From Takakia lepidozioides (lineage: Eukaryota; Plantae; Bryophyta), in NCBI GenBank assembly GCA_030704615.1, contig CM060731.1, positions 50,158,001 to 50,222,000 of the forward strand: 64,000 bases of DNA. The letters are read 5' to 3'. Position numbers and translations under genes: made by a program. The notes beneath the pieces were generated by a model. It had not been told where the DNA came from. It worked only from the letters and a program-made list of their open reading frames with translations, and ran no database searches. Shown piece after piece: positions 36,371 through 50,500 of the stretch. The number at the start of each line of letters is the position of its first letter. Position 1 is the first letter of the stretch.

Positions 36371-39300
36371 TTGGATGCCACTCCTTCTGTTTCTTTGCAA
36401 GAAAGATTAAGGGAATTGGTACAGGAAGAAGATCAATCACGAGGTGAAAGATCTGAGGTACATCCTTGGATAAAAGACTTGACAGAAATCTTTGATAAGA
36501 GTTGGCATGGAACACCAAAAGCAGGAACTCCAGTTTCTGAAGCAGAAGGTGAAGAAGGAGAAGAGGATGTGGCAGAGCCAACGGAGAGTTCAGACTCTCC
36601 AACACCATTACAGTTGAGTTACATGAGTGAAGAAGAAACCCAAGGGCAGAACTTGGAGGATGAAAACAGAGAGAAGAAATTAGAAGAGGAAGAATATGAA
36701 GAAGTAGACCCAACAGCTGAGGTTGAGACTACAACCAGGACATCCCAACCCGTTGGACCTGGATCAAGTGGAGCACTTGGATCACAGGCCAACGAAAGGT
36801 GTCGGCTCAGGGGGATCAGGCGGGCTGCCTGGATCTGGCTCTGGGGGGACAGGGAGTGTGGGAAGTAGTGCAACTGAAGCTGGGAATACTGTGAATATCG
36901 TGGGGCCAGAAGCAGGAGTGCTCAAGGGCCACCACTTGGTGGAAGATCCACCACAAAAACAACAGGTCCAGAAGGACCAGCACCAGCAAGGGTGCCAGCA
37001 CCTGTCAGTGGGCAGAAGGTAGGGCCACAGATGGCGTTACAACCAACACGGGCAAAACCACCCTTTCCAATATATTCAGGAAAAGGGGATCCCGATGTAC
37101 ACATTAGCCAATTTGAGCACATGTGTATAGTGAACAATGAGAATGGCGATGATGCCAAGATGAGACTGTTTCCTTGTTCACTTATCAAGAAAGCAAGTGA
37201 ATGGTATGCAAGATTCCCTGATAATCATTTCCTAACCTGGAATGGCTTGAATACAGCATTTCGAAATAGGTTCAGGACAAGTAAAACTGAGGATGAAGTG
37301 TATGGAAGTTTACAACAGCTGAAGCAGAAGAAGCATGAAACTGTTGAAGAGTATATGGAGAAGATGGAATTGATGATGAAAAAGCTGGCTGCAGTACCAG
37401 CGCCCGGTTTACAGAAGACTTGGTTTGTGAGTGGACTAAGACCAGAGTTGCAAAAGAAAGTGGATATGTTACCCCATAATACAGTGGAGGAGGCATTTGA
37501 AACTGCGAACAGAATTGAGCAATTGGGAATGCTCAGGAGAGAGAAAAAGAAGATGAGGACTCTGAGGATGAGTCAGATGAAGAAGAAGAGCAAGAACTAA
37601 AAAGAAAGAGTAAGAGAAAGGAGAAGTTGAAGAGGGATAACTATGAAAAAAAATTGGAAGAAGAAATTGAAGAAGTATGCCACAGAGGCTGCAACACATT
37701 GGAGGAAGGGTGTGGTGTGCAAAGTGCCAGAATGAAGGCCATACCACCACAGAATGCCACATGAAGGAGAAACACTGTACTATCTGTAAAATGGATAACC
37801 ATTCTACTGAGAATTGTTACTACAACAGAAGGACAGCTGCAAGAGAACCTAGGCAAGTAAGGGTGCATCAGGTGCAGCCCCAGCCAAGAAGAAACAATGA
37901 TCAGGACCACTATGGTAGGTCTGGTGGTTATAACAATGGCATGGAAGGGAGAGGTAATTCAAGAGGGAATTACCAAGGAAATTCCAGAGGCAACTATCAG
38001 GGTAATCCAAGGGGGAATTACCAGCCCGGGAATCAGGATTATAGAAATAATCCAAGAACAGACCAAGGGCGAGGACCCAATGGTGAAGAGCTATGTTACT
38101 ATTGTAATCAGCCAGGACATCGCAAGGCAGCCTGTTCATTCTGGATAAGACACCAGAATGAGATGAGAGCTCCTGTGAATGAGGGCCCAGTGGTGGCAGC
38201 TCACATGGTTAGGCCATGTGTTGTACCAGAAGTAAGTACAATGATAGTAACAAGAAGTAAAGCCAAACTAATACCTCCAGTAGAAGAGGAAGAAGATGAG
38301 AATGGAAGTGGCAATGATATGCCTGAAGATGAAGAGACTTGGAAAGATGAGAAGGAACTGCACAAGGAAGTGGCAGATACTATAAGGGAAATGCAAAAGA
38401 GTACTGATATTCCTGTGGCAGATTCCTCTGATTCGGATGGAGAAAAAGAAGGGAGTGAGGAAAGAAAGGAAAAGAAGATGCAGACATGCAAAGTAATGAA
38501 GAGACTTTGGCTGAAGTAATATGTCAGACCAAGCAGAAATTACCATTGGACAGCTATTAGCTGTGGCACCTTATTGTAGGCAGGCTGTATCAAGCAATCA
38601 ATCGAATTGCCCAAGAGACAGGAAACACAGACCTGAACAGCAAGGTGACCAGTTATAATGTGAAGCCGGAAGGGCGAGAACCAGTCATGGACTTTGATGA
38701 TTCTATGCCAGTAATCCAATTGAGAATTGGAAGCACAGAACTAACTGATGTACTGATAGATGGTGGTTCTGGAGTAAATATCATGACAGACCAATTAAGG
38801 AAGAAGCTTGGTCTAAGTAACATGAAACCAGCCCCATTTACAGTAACAATGGCAGATCAAAGAAGTGTACAGCCATTGGGATTAATAAGAGGAGTTAAGA
38901 TACAGATACAGAAAATGATCTTTATGATCACAGTAACTGTATTAAAATGGATGAAGTCATGGAGGCTTACTCCTTATTATTGGGACGTCCGTGGCTGAAA
39001 CAGGCCAGGGTATTCCATGACTGGAATTCTCAGTTACTAACCGTGCATAATGGGATACACGAGATACAAATTACCACAAAGAAATCTAGTAGATTACCTG
39101 CTACAAGAAGACCTCGAGGAGTCAGAGAGTATGACTGGAGAGGAGGACTGGATGAGGAGCAGGAAGCTACCCTATTTGCTGCACACCCAGAGTGGGAGCA
39201 GGTTGCAGAGATGCGGCTGGAAAGCCTAAGTTGTTTGAGAGGTATCTGCTGTGGTGTAGTGACAGCAACACCAACTGAAGAGGAAACCAGCATTTACCCA

Positions 39301-42300
39301 TCACATTTCTATGAAGAAAGAGAAGGAGAAATAGAAATCCTAGAAGAACCAGCCACTGTGAGCTTACAGGATGAAGTGGTGACTGGTTGGACAATCACAG
39401 CTGATGAGCAGGTGAGAGAAGTAAATGTGGGAACTAAAGAGGAACCGAGGATGGTGAAAGTAGGAGCTGATTTGGAGCCGGAATTCTTCGAAGAAGCTAA
39501 AAGCTTGTTCATCAAATACAGAGATGTATTTGCTTGGAGCTATGAGGATCTAAAAGGGATACCACCTGAAGTCTGTCAGCATAAGATTGAACTGGAACCA
39601 GGGTCAGTACCAATCAAGCAGGCGAGGTATAGAATGAATCCCAACTACGCACAGAAGGTTGGAGAAGAGATAAAGAAGTTGGCTGAGGCTAAGTTTATAT
39701 ACCCATAGAGTATACAACTTGGTTGTCACCCATTGTTATAGTTCCCAAGAAGAATGGCAAACTAAGAGTATGTGTGAACTATAAGAAGCTGAATGCTTGT
39801 ACGAAGAAAGATCCTTTCCCTTTGCCATTCACAGAAGCAGTATTAGACACTGTGGCAGGCCATGAGATGTACTCATTCATGGATGGCTTCAGTGGTTATA
39901 ATCAAGTGCAAGTGGCAGAAGAAGACCAAGGGAAAACAGCTTTCATCACAGACTGGGGGGCTTATGCATACAAAGTCATGCCCTTTGGACTTTGTAATGC
40001 ACCAGCGACCTTTCAGAGAGTGATAAGTGAATCTTTTCATGAGTATCTGGATGATTTCATGCAGGTTTCTTGGATGATTTCAGTGTGTACAGCTCTAAGA
40101 TGAGCACTTGCATAAATTGGAGTTATGTTTGGCCAGATGCAGGATGAGAGGTCTGGGCCTGAATCCAGAGAAGTGTACTTTCTGTGTGAACTCAGGGGTG
40201 CTTCTGGGACACATTGTGTGTAAGAAGGGACTCCTTGTGGATCCCAGAAGACAGAGTCCATTAAAGCCTCTCCACCACCAGTGAATGTTAAAAGTCTAGG
40301 AGATTCCTTGGGCAAACCAGTTATTACAGAAGATTTGTCAAAAGGTATGCACAAATAGCAGCACCATTGAGCAAACTTCTGAAGAAAGATGCAGTGTTTG
40401 CCTGGACAGCTGAATGTCAACAGGCGTTTGAGGAACTTACACTGTCAGTAACAACTACACCTGTGCTGATTAACCCTCACTGGCATGTAGTATTTCATGT
40501 TCACTGCGATGCATCAGGAGAAGCGTTGGGAGCGGTGTTAGCCCAGAATGTTACAGGGAATATAGATTCACCTGTGTACTATGCTAGCCGGTTGATGAAC
40601 AGTGCTGAGAGGAACTATAGCACCAACTGAAAGAGAAGCATTGACAATGATTTATGCAGTCAAGAAATCAGGCATTACCTATTGGAAGAAAGTTTATGTT
40701 TTATGTGGATCACCAGGCTCTGAATATCTGGTGAACAAACCTTTGATAAGTGGAAGGATAGCTGGAGGTGGTTAATAATCTGCATGAGTTTGAGTTCGAA
40801 GTATTTTACAAGCCTGGCCGTTTGCATCTCTGTGGCAGATCATTTGTCACGACTAACAACAGGAGAGGCCGCCACAGGAGTGGACGATCAGTTACCTGAT
40901 GCCGAGTTTATTTGTAATGGAGGTGCAAGGAAGTGCAGATGAATGGTTAGATTGGCAGTGGCCAATCAGATACTACCTTGCTCATGGTCAGTGCCCACTA
41001 TTATGTAAGGAGCAGAGAAGAGAATCGCTATCAAAGCTTTACCTTATACTATGGTAGGAAGCAGAAGGTATAAGTTAGGACCTGATGGAGTACTAAAACG
41101 ATGCTTGTACCACCATGAAGTAAATAAAGTTTTGGCGGAAGTTCATAAGGAGTGGCTGGAGGTCTTTTGGGAAGAAGAAGACTACCAGTAGAAAGATAGT
41201 ACTCGCAGGATACTGGTGGCCTACTTTGTTCAAAGATGTACACGAGTATTGTCAGAAGTGTGATGAATGTCAGAGGCTAGGCTTTGCAGAGAACTGAAGG
41301 ATGGCCTTGCATCCTACATGCCTACGGAAACCATTTCAGAAATGGGGACTAGACTTTGTTGGACCAATTAACCCACCATCCAAGAATTACAGAAACAGGT
41401 ACATAATTACAGCCACTGATTATACTACAAAATGGGTGGAAGCTAAAGCTTTGAGGGACAACACAGCCAAGTCCACAGCAAGGTTCCTGTACGAGAACAT
41501 ACTTACACGATTGGCTGTCCCTTAGAATTTATAGTGACCAAGGAAGTCACTTCATGAATGAGACCATTGAGTTGTTGACTAAAGAGTTTATGATTGTGCA
41601 TAGAAAGAGTACAACATATTACCCGCAGGGTAATGGGCAGGCAGAGGCTACCAACAAAATACTATGTACTATCTTGGCTAAGATAGTCAATGCAAACAGA
41701 ACGGATTGGGATACAAAGCTGCTGACAGCTTTGTGGTCATACAGGACTTCATATAAAGTCACCACTAAGTATACACCATTCCAATTAGTTTATAGTATGG
41801 AAGCCTTACTTCCAGTGGAATTCCTGTTACCTACCATGAGAACGGAGTGGGGAAAAAGAATGGAATTGCAAGACTCCATCAAGGTCAGGAAACATGAATT
41901 ATACCATGTGGAAGAAGTACGTGCTGATGCAGCTGATAATATGACCAGAATTCAGATGAAGCGAAAGGAACAGTTGATGAAGGCAGGCAAGTTAAAGACT
42001 TTAAGACGGGGGATTTGGTTCTATAGTTGCAGAAGAAAGGAAAGATTCAAGCTTCTAAGCTTAAATCACCGTGGAAAGGACCTTATGTCATACAAAAGAT
42101 GTATGATAACAACACCGCCATGTTACAAACCATTAACAAAGAAATGCTGGGAAGAGTCAATGCAAATAAGTTGAAGGGGTACAGTGGTATCCATGACAAA
42201 CCCCAGCATGATTTGCATGTTGAACCGCAAGAGCAGTCACGGGCTGCACCAGTGTTACGAACGGAGTATGGAGCACTTGTCGCTAGGCCCAGCATATATG

Positions 42301-42626
42301 ACCAGGGTGGGCAAAACAAACGTGACACAGCCTATCATAGCCCAGCACGGCGCAACACAACCTATCACAGCCCAGCACGGCGCCACACAGCCAATCACAG
42401 CCCAGCACGGCGCAACACAGCCTATCACAGCCCATCACGACGTGACACAGCCTATCACAGCCCGGCACAGCGTGTCACAGCCTATCACAGCGTAACACAG
42501 TATGACACAGCCTGTCACAGATCAACACAGCCTACTAAAGTTACACGATCCATAGAATCAGTGACAAGTGGACACATAATAACTTCAGGAAAATGGCTGA
42601 CGGAAGAGAAACGGAAATTACTTTAA
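36371..42626 (+). pseudogene. gag-pol (gag with three CCHC knuckles, protease, RT, RNase H, integrase), frameshifted
   Basis: YSGKGDPDVHISQF; CAKCQNEGHTTTEC, CTICKMDNHSTENC, CYYCNQPGHRKAAC; VLIDGGSGVN; MDGFSGYNQ, MPFGLCNAPATFQR; HCDAS; [27 protein letters not shown]. Confidence 0.92.
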
Positions 42627-43299
42627 AATAGACACGTGGAGGTCAGGGCGCGACACACAGCCGAGAAGGAAGTGCAAGAACAGGTGTCAAAAAGAAAGAG
42701 GACGAGAACGGCCGTCAAAAGGGATGAAAGGCGGGCCCATTAATGAGTACGGAAAAAGGGAAACGGAACGAACGGCAAGTACAAAAAGCGAATTCTTGTC
42801 ACATGTGATCCTAGTGGACTATCCAACAGGGAAAGTCCACTAAAGAAGATAAAATCTAAAATCCAGTCACAGCGGATACAGCCAATAGAAAACCAGAGAA
42901 AGGATCAAGAAAATGGAGGGAAATTGAGCGCAAGAGGCGGCGTCGTTCTGAGTAACGGGCGTCTCGACAGGACAGACCATCAATGCTATACCTTGGAAAA
43001 CTATGGAGGAACTAACAGACTATACGCTCAATATTACTTACGCAGTGGCATAGACACGAAAGGACAGAGCAGAGCTTTTTCTTGAGCGATGCTTGCAAGC
43101 CCCGCAGGCTTACAAGAAATTACCCATAGCTTTCTGCGGCAACCATACGTTTCTGCTTTGTGCACTACAGGCATTCCTACAGTTGTTACAGCCAAAACAG
43201 TTCGGTGAGTCTAAAATGAGAGAGTGAGAGGCATGGAGGAAATCAGGGTGAAGAGCACCACGATTCTGCAGAAACAAACAATTGCTACCCCAGGCGATA

Positions 43300-46061
43300 C
43301 AGATACTGGAGGAGCTGAGATTGCAAGGATTGCAAAAGCCTAGATTGGACACTACACCATAGACAGTACATGTTACAATTTTTGCAGAACTTGAGCCAAG
43401 GACAGGAACAACAACGGTGAAGGGAGTTGAATTAATGATTACTCCCCTATACCTCCAGCAATTGTTTCGATTGCCAGCAGGTCAGGTGCATGTGGAGCAA
43501 CACAGGGCAAGACTGCAAATAGAGGACTTATTCCAAGAAGGGAGTTTCTTTAAAAATCAGGGTTATGCTTGTACCAAGGCTGTGTACCCAGGGTTAAAAG
43601 AGGTAGGCCAGGTATTGAACGTTCTGATTGCCATGAAACAGAACCAACAGTATTTGAGCAGATCCTTCACGGAGGAAATACTCAAAGGCCTGAAGGGACG
43701 AGAGGTACAATGGGCGGACATAATGTACAACGCACTGGTAGAGGAGATGAAAAGATTACAAGGTACTACCGCAAAGTCTCCTATAATAGTGTCTGGCCCA
43801 ATCATTGCTCAAATAATTCTTGATTCTGGCATACTTAATGCGCAAGAAAGAAAGGAAATGGGAGTGTTTGAGCCAGCAACAACTGCAATGGAAGAGCAAG
43901 GCTCTTCACACAGTGAGGGTGGACTAGCAGGGCAACCTGAGATTAAGAGGCAGAGACGGGGAAAAACTGTGGTGGCGGATCCACTGGCTTCACGGATTCC
44001 GCATGATAATGTTTCCCAAGCTCATGGCCAGGAAGGGGCACGGCAATGCTAATGAGTTCCATAGGCAGGACACTTAATTTGTTGGGGACTTATGTCAAAT
44101 CCCATGTTCCAATTACCCAATTGACAGCCTTGAGAGAGGAACTCAGGAAGGAATTTGAGGCTCGACTTGCCACTGAGTGTGCAAACAAGGTCGATGAAGA
44201 GGTCACTCTCAAGATGAAGCAGGACTTGGGAAATACAGAAATGGCTTTGCAATTGGCCAAGCAACAATTGATTGAGGCAGGCCTCGCGCAAGACCAGTTG
44301 CACGAAGCACATAAGCAACAGCTATACCAAATGCAGGTGCAGCATGAAAGCAAGTTGCAAGAACTGAATGCACTACGTACGGAGTTGCAGACAGTGCATA
44401 ACAGGATGGCGATACAATGTGCTACATTTACAACTATGCTTGACCAATCTACAAAAGAAATAAACAGTCAAGCGGAAAAAATGTACGAAGGCAGAAGAGA
44501 GAGAATGTTTGAGCAAATGAAGCTCATTGTCGATATGAAGAATACAATCTGTCGCAATGAAGATACTTTCAAGCAATACAGGCAGATTGAAGCTGATCAA
44601 GAGAAGCACATCGTGGAGTTGCAACAAACCATCATGGCCAATAGAAATGAAATCGCAGTCAATAACAAGGCTGGGAAGGAAGCCAATAATCTACTTGCTG
44701 CTTATGCGCAATTGGTTGAACCTCAGGCGAAGCGCATGGAGGCTTTACAACAGCAGTTGGAATTGTACAAGCTAAGAGAGGAGCAAACTCTCAGGGGAAC
44801 CACAAGCAACTTGGTGGATAACAGCCTTATGCAGGTCTGGTTAGCACAAGGGCCAGTAGAGGGCAAAGCACCACGAAAGCTCACCCAAAGCGAGATGAAT
44901 GAGCTCAGGCTGCAGGTGCAGAACATTGCCACAACTACTATAGACAATGTCTATAGTAGGATAGCAGAGTTACAAGAGGATGTAGACGGACTGCAGACTC
45001 AAGTGGAAGACCTCACTTCAAACATCGACAAAAGAGTCTATATCCCTCAGGAACAGCTAATGGCTTCTTATTTACAAGCCAGAACTTTGGCTTTTCAGTC
45101 TTCACAGGAGGTGCAGGAGATGCCAATGATACAAGAGCCAGTACCACCACCACCACAACAAGTCACTGTACCAGTAGCTGAACCTGTGGTTACTACAACC
45201 ACACCACAGCCACCACAGCCGGAGGTATGGGGCAATGCCGCTTTTAACCCACCTAAAACTCCAGCTGCCAGGGAGTACAGTAGGGCTATGATTATGCCCT
45301 TCAACCAAATTCCCATCATGTTGGATTTGGCTTGGAAAGAATTTAGTCCTCCGCAGTCATTCGCACATTACTACCAAATCATGCGTATATGGCTGCCAGT
45401 GGCAACTAGGACTAAAGTTCTTCCGAACAATCGACATATTGAAGATCATCACTTTGCACAATACTGGCACGAAGCAGGTACCATGTTGAGGGAATTGATT
45501 GCTTTCCAGGTTGTACATGGACTCATTTATACCAAGACCAAGGAGATAGCAAGTATTGTCATGGGGTGCGGGTTATACTACGCTGCTTGTTTTCTGGTAC
45601 GATACCACATTGAGCAACAAAAGATGCAAACACGCTTTCTGAGTTATTCCAGTGGAGATCATTGGGTATTACCTTCGGTGCCACCTCATATGTACCTATA
45701 TGACCCAAAAGTTATGATGCAAAAGGATTCTCAAATTCGTTCATGGTTTCAAGCAGCCTGCAACCATTTGTCAACACAGAAATTCGGCATTGATGACATT
45801 TTCTATAAGGGACATGTGGCATGGAAATACTTGCACGCTGCACCAGTAATTGGTACCCCACTCACCTGGACAGACAAGGAGCTCAGTGTCTACACCAATT
45901 TTGCTGTTCAGCAGTTACACCAAGTTGTAAAATACAAACTTCCAGACATGGTAGGACAGCATTGTATGCCCCAGATGATTCCACAAAAAGTTCGAAAATT
46001 AAAACACCTGAGAGAGGCGATGAGGATTCTGATACAACTGTTTCTTCACAGAATTCTTTGA
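43300..46061 (+). CDS. Extra sense-strand 3' ORF of the retrotransposon (transposon-accessory-like N-terminus plus long coiled coil)
   Basis: Overlapping 211-aa and 671-aa ORFs between integrase and the polypurine tract. VKGVELMITPLYLQQLFRLP resembles plant retrotransposon accessory domains. Heptad-rich Q/E/L region. Confidence 0.7.
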
Positions 46062-47519
46062 CATGGGAGAAGACTATATGCAATTCAGATGGCAGAGAAG
46101 AAGCGACGGGGGGTCTCCTATGCCGGAAAGGTTACCTCGATATCAGCCTCCAGAGGGCCTCACTTATCCAGGTAGTGATCAACCATCTACGTCAACCAGA
46201 GACAGACCTCGGGCTCGTACACACAGTCCGCCACGAAACTCTCAACGTCAAGAAGGTGCTCACTCACAAAGGTTTGCTAGTCGAAATCAGTAAACCGTGA
46301 GGACACGGCTTTTGAGGGGGGAAGGGGTAATGTTAGAGGACTGTCGGGGACTTAGACACTTATACAGGATCTGTAGGGTACCCTTAATTTTTGCACAGAC
46401 TGAGACCAACAGGAGCCTTAGGGGGGGTGACAGCAGCGCACTGTAGAGGGGGGTTACACAGCCCGTCACAGTCGTCACAGCCGACACAGACACAGTCACA
46501 GCCGTCACAGCCGTCACAGCCCGTCACAGCCAACACAGCCAAGCCCGTCACAGTCGTCACAGCCGACACAGCCAACACAGCCCGTCACAGTCGTCACAGC
46601 AGACACAGCCGACACAGCCACACAGCCAGTCACAGTCCGACACAGCCAAACACAGTCGCACAGCCAGTCACAGCCCGTCACAGTTTCACACAGCCAGTCA
46701 CAGCTTGACACAGCTGTCACGATCATAGGGAACGAAGAGTAGGACAGGGAACGACTGTGGGGAACAACACCTGCAAAGGGAACATGTTAGTTCACAGACG
46801 ACGGTTAGTGAGGGAAACAGTTAGAACCGCGGATAGGAAGATAAAGGGAGAAACGGGGAATTGAGAGATCATCATTCGGAGGAGGACTTCTTGGTGATGG
46901 AGGAGAGGGGATCGGGCAGAGATGAAGAACGGAAGTAAAGATAGAGAGATGAGGAGTAGATGCTTGATAAATGCAAGGCTGTAATGATATTGTAGAGGAG
47001 ATTAGAGACACAATGGCTTCGGCCTAATACCTGATAAATCATAATCGGATACTTTTACGATACAATCACACTGTGTAGAGAGATCTGAGTGAAGCTGTGA
47101 AATGAATGGATGAGCTGATGGAATCCAATAGATTGATAAAGCAAACTGATACTTAATTATCAATGGTAAGATAGCTAACATGAATACCAAAAGGGAAACA
47201 AATAGGAAACACCCCCATGATACACTAGCTGTAGGTCATGACTGATTGTTCTGCGCGGGCTGAGTACTTAGAGATTTCCAACTCTTCAATCTTGGAGTTT
47301 CCGCCTCGAATAGCGAAGGGATGGGTGAGTAAAAGCCGTGCGACAGTAGTAATGTGACGGCACGGTGCCGGCTTCTCCCCTTCAGCTGACATCATCCGGA
47401 CGGTCCCCCACTTTCTGACTGCATACCGTTGGCAGTTATTGCGCAAAGACCAGGGGCCGCATTCCGGAGACAAGGTTCATTAACACTCTGACTGTGGATT
47501 TTTGAGATAGTTGGCTCCC

Positions 47520-50500
47520 TGGATTTGGATCAGGCTTCGTCGTTCGGACAAATCGGCACCGCATTCCTTCCCATCGCTGCATCCCCCTTCTACCAGGGAG
47601 CTTCCCCGCACGCCATCCTGGCAGTACAGAGGCACATCTCCCATGGCGGAAAACCCGAGCGCTACAGTGTACTGCCCTCCTCACGAGCATAGAGCTTCAT
47701 TTCCGTGCAGAGGGGACATCTGCCGGGTGATGGAGAAATATCTGTGCGTTCGATACCACCTGAAACCGGGGTCGGTTTTTTGGAGGAGGAAAGGAAGGAC
47801 TCAAACGGCCTTGTTGTCGAGAGTATTGTTGTGCTCCACGATGATTTCGGCGATGGCAGGGAATGGCGAGTTCCACCATCGGACAGCGTCATATACAGGG
47901 CTGTTGGGGACTTCATTTGCCCGCCAAATGCACCTTCTATCCTGGCGCCTTCCACGAAACAATCCGCGAATCAGAGAGTGGCTACCTCAAAGAGAGAAGT
48001 CCGCAACGAAGTAAATCCAGAGCCGAACCCATCCATGAAGACGAGCGAGAAACGGGTTGCTCTCAACCTGTCCGACTTAGACGAGGTCATGGAAGTTCCG
48101 AGGTCGTCCTGGAGATCAGGCAAGTCCTCAATGGACGTCAGTGGAGGAGGGAGTCATATTCCCAGTACGAGCACCGCAGTTCGATCTATTCTTGAAATTC
48201 TGCGAGGGCTTCACCTGGAGGGACACCACTCGGAGCTGGCCGGGCTGGACTACAGCAAGTTTGCAATTAAATCGGTTACATGCCTTCCCGCCGACGTCGA
48301 CGATAATATCTTCTTTGAGTTCCCTCCTCGGGCGGACTACTCGAGGGCGTCCGGAATGTTGACAGATATGGATAGAAAACATGACGGTCATCCTTGGTGC
48401 GTTACCAAAACCACCAGCATGAAGATGCTCGATGGTGTGCGGGTGCGCTACGTTGTTTGTGCGGGCGCGTTGCGGTGTTTCTCCCCAACTTGCTTCCACT
48501 TTAAATCCAGAGGTCACAGGAACGAGACCGATTGGACAAGCACAGCTCATCAACCATTTCTAGCTCAGGAGAAGGTTCCGAACTCCACATTTAAGTGTGC
48601 GCATTGCAAAGAACCACCACACTGCATGTCTGTTTGTAATGCCAAGCAGTTCTATGTGTTGCACCGTTTCCCTGACCTCACCCGAGCTTGCATACACGTT
48701 GGTTCCCATTGTCACAAATTGGCGAGGGGGAACTCGCGGGAGGCTGCCCACGAAGCAAAGCAGCTCGTTCAGGAGGAGGTTAAGTTGAGACCGGGTGCCA
48801 AACCCAAACAAATACAGCTCCAAGCCGCCCATAAGATGGCATTGGCCAGAATTATGTCGGAAGACGGCTCCGATAGAGTTCCTCTCGATGAGAAGGAAAT
48901 GGAGGCATTGCTGGAGTTGGTGTCCCACGTATGTTCACCGAATGTCCGAAACCACATTGTCTCATGCAAACAGAAAATTGGGCGTGGCTCGGATATGCAC
49001 TCCATTCTGGAGGTGAAGCGACGATGTGGATATGACTACATTCATGGAAGTAGGTTTCCAGGACAAGGGACTGAGGCAGATCGTTGTTTCGTATTCAAAA
49101 TGTCCACGTGTGGACCTGGCAGCGGCGTCGAACTGGTCGACAGGATGACGAGTGGGGACTTGTCAAACAGTTGGGTCATGTTCAACCATATCAAGCAAAT
49201 TACAAATCACTAGTGGGTGACAATGGGTGCACATGTCTACGACACCCACTGCAGGATGCTAATGACAATTGCTATTTGTGAGATGAAAGGAGAGGACACA
49301 CAATCGGAGATGCTTCTTTGGCAGGGAATAAACGAACAAATGGCCAAGGCGGGATTGCCCCCTCCCAATTTCCGTGGTTTCATGGCGGACAACGCACAAG
49401 CAAATTGGGCTGCCATCCGAAGGGTGTACGGGCAAGACCCCAATGTTCCCATGGAAGGCAAGGAGAGATCTTGTGGGTTCCATTTTCTGCAGAGCCTTTC
49501 GCAGTACACAACCAGGCTCGTGGCGCCAGATTTCAGAGAGGAGCACCGTTCCATGTGCCTTGTGTGGAAGCGCGCTCCCACCTTGGATGATGCAGAGACA
49601 CAGTTTGCATGTATACGGGCTTGGTGGACATCGTCAGGTGCTGTAAGGAAATCAGACGAGGAGCAATGGTCAGTTGGCTAGCATGGTGGCATTATCGTTT
49701 CCTCCAGTTCGGCGACTATATGCGGGAGGTGAGTTGCACGAATTCGCGTCCTGTTGAATATTATTCTTGGCCATATTGTAACTTGCTTGTAACCTCAACA
49801 TGTGCTTGTGCAGGAAATGTGTCTCGACTCCGACACCGACATGCCCACGACAAACATGGCCGAATCAGTGCACTCTTCCTGGCGTGCCTCCTCTGCAGCG
49901 CATCTGGTGGACATCCTCACTGCCACAACGGAGGACATTGTGAGGTCAATATGCAGCAATGCAGGTACAATGAGTTCTTGAAAGGGAAACAGTGGGGCTT
50001 GGGGCCGGACAGGCAGGAAATGCTGATGCGGACTGCCTCTAGATCGAAGAATCCTCGGAAGTGGGCGGCGGCCTTGCGAGAGGGCCTTCAGGACACGCCA
50101 TTGCTGCAAAGAGGCCAACATTTGGAAGGAGTTCATACCCGTCCAGTGAGACGAAGACTTGACGAGGCACCAGGCGGAGAAGAGGATTCATGGCGAGCTG
50201 ACAAGAATATTCGCACGCTCCCTCGTGGTCCGGTGATGTTGCCTGAGGAGGTCTTGTCGAGCACCGCAAGTCCTGCACGTTCTAGATCGCCATCTCCTTT
50301 GAGCACAAGGCGCGTGCCCCGGCAACATAACGAGCCATCTGTAGTAAAGCAGTACAACATTCCCATTGGTGGAGACAAGAGTGTCGGAGTCACAGTGGAG
50401 AATTGCGAGGACATTGCCGGCATTTCGAGGGAAGTGTTGCGCCATCCGGGTGGATACAAGAGCACGCTGTGGTGAGATGATTCGGAGGAACCCACACGGT

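Larger units (their letters stand above)
34655..47345 (+). mobile_element. Non-chromovirus Ty3/gypsy LTR retrotransposon (Athila/Tat-related or a non-seed-plant lineage) with extra ORFs
   Basis: LTRs 34655-35593 and 46331-47345 (TGTTAG...CGACA). TSD GTAGT at 34650-34654 and 47346-47350. Primer-binding site TGGCGACCATACTGGGGA (tRNA-Arg-like) at ~35596. Polypurine tract GAGGGGGGAAGGGG just before 46331. Confidence 0.95.
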
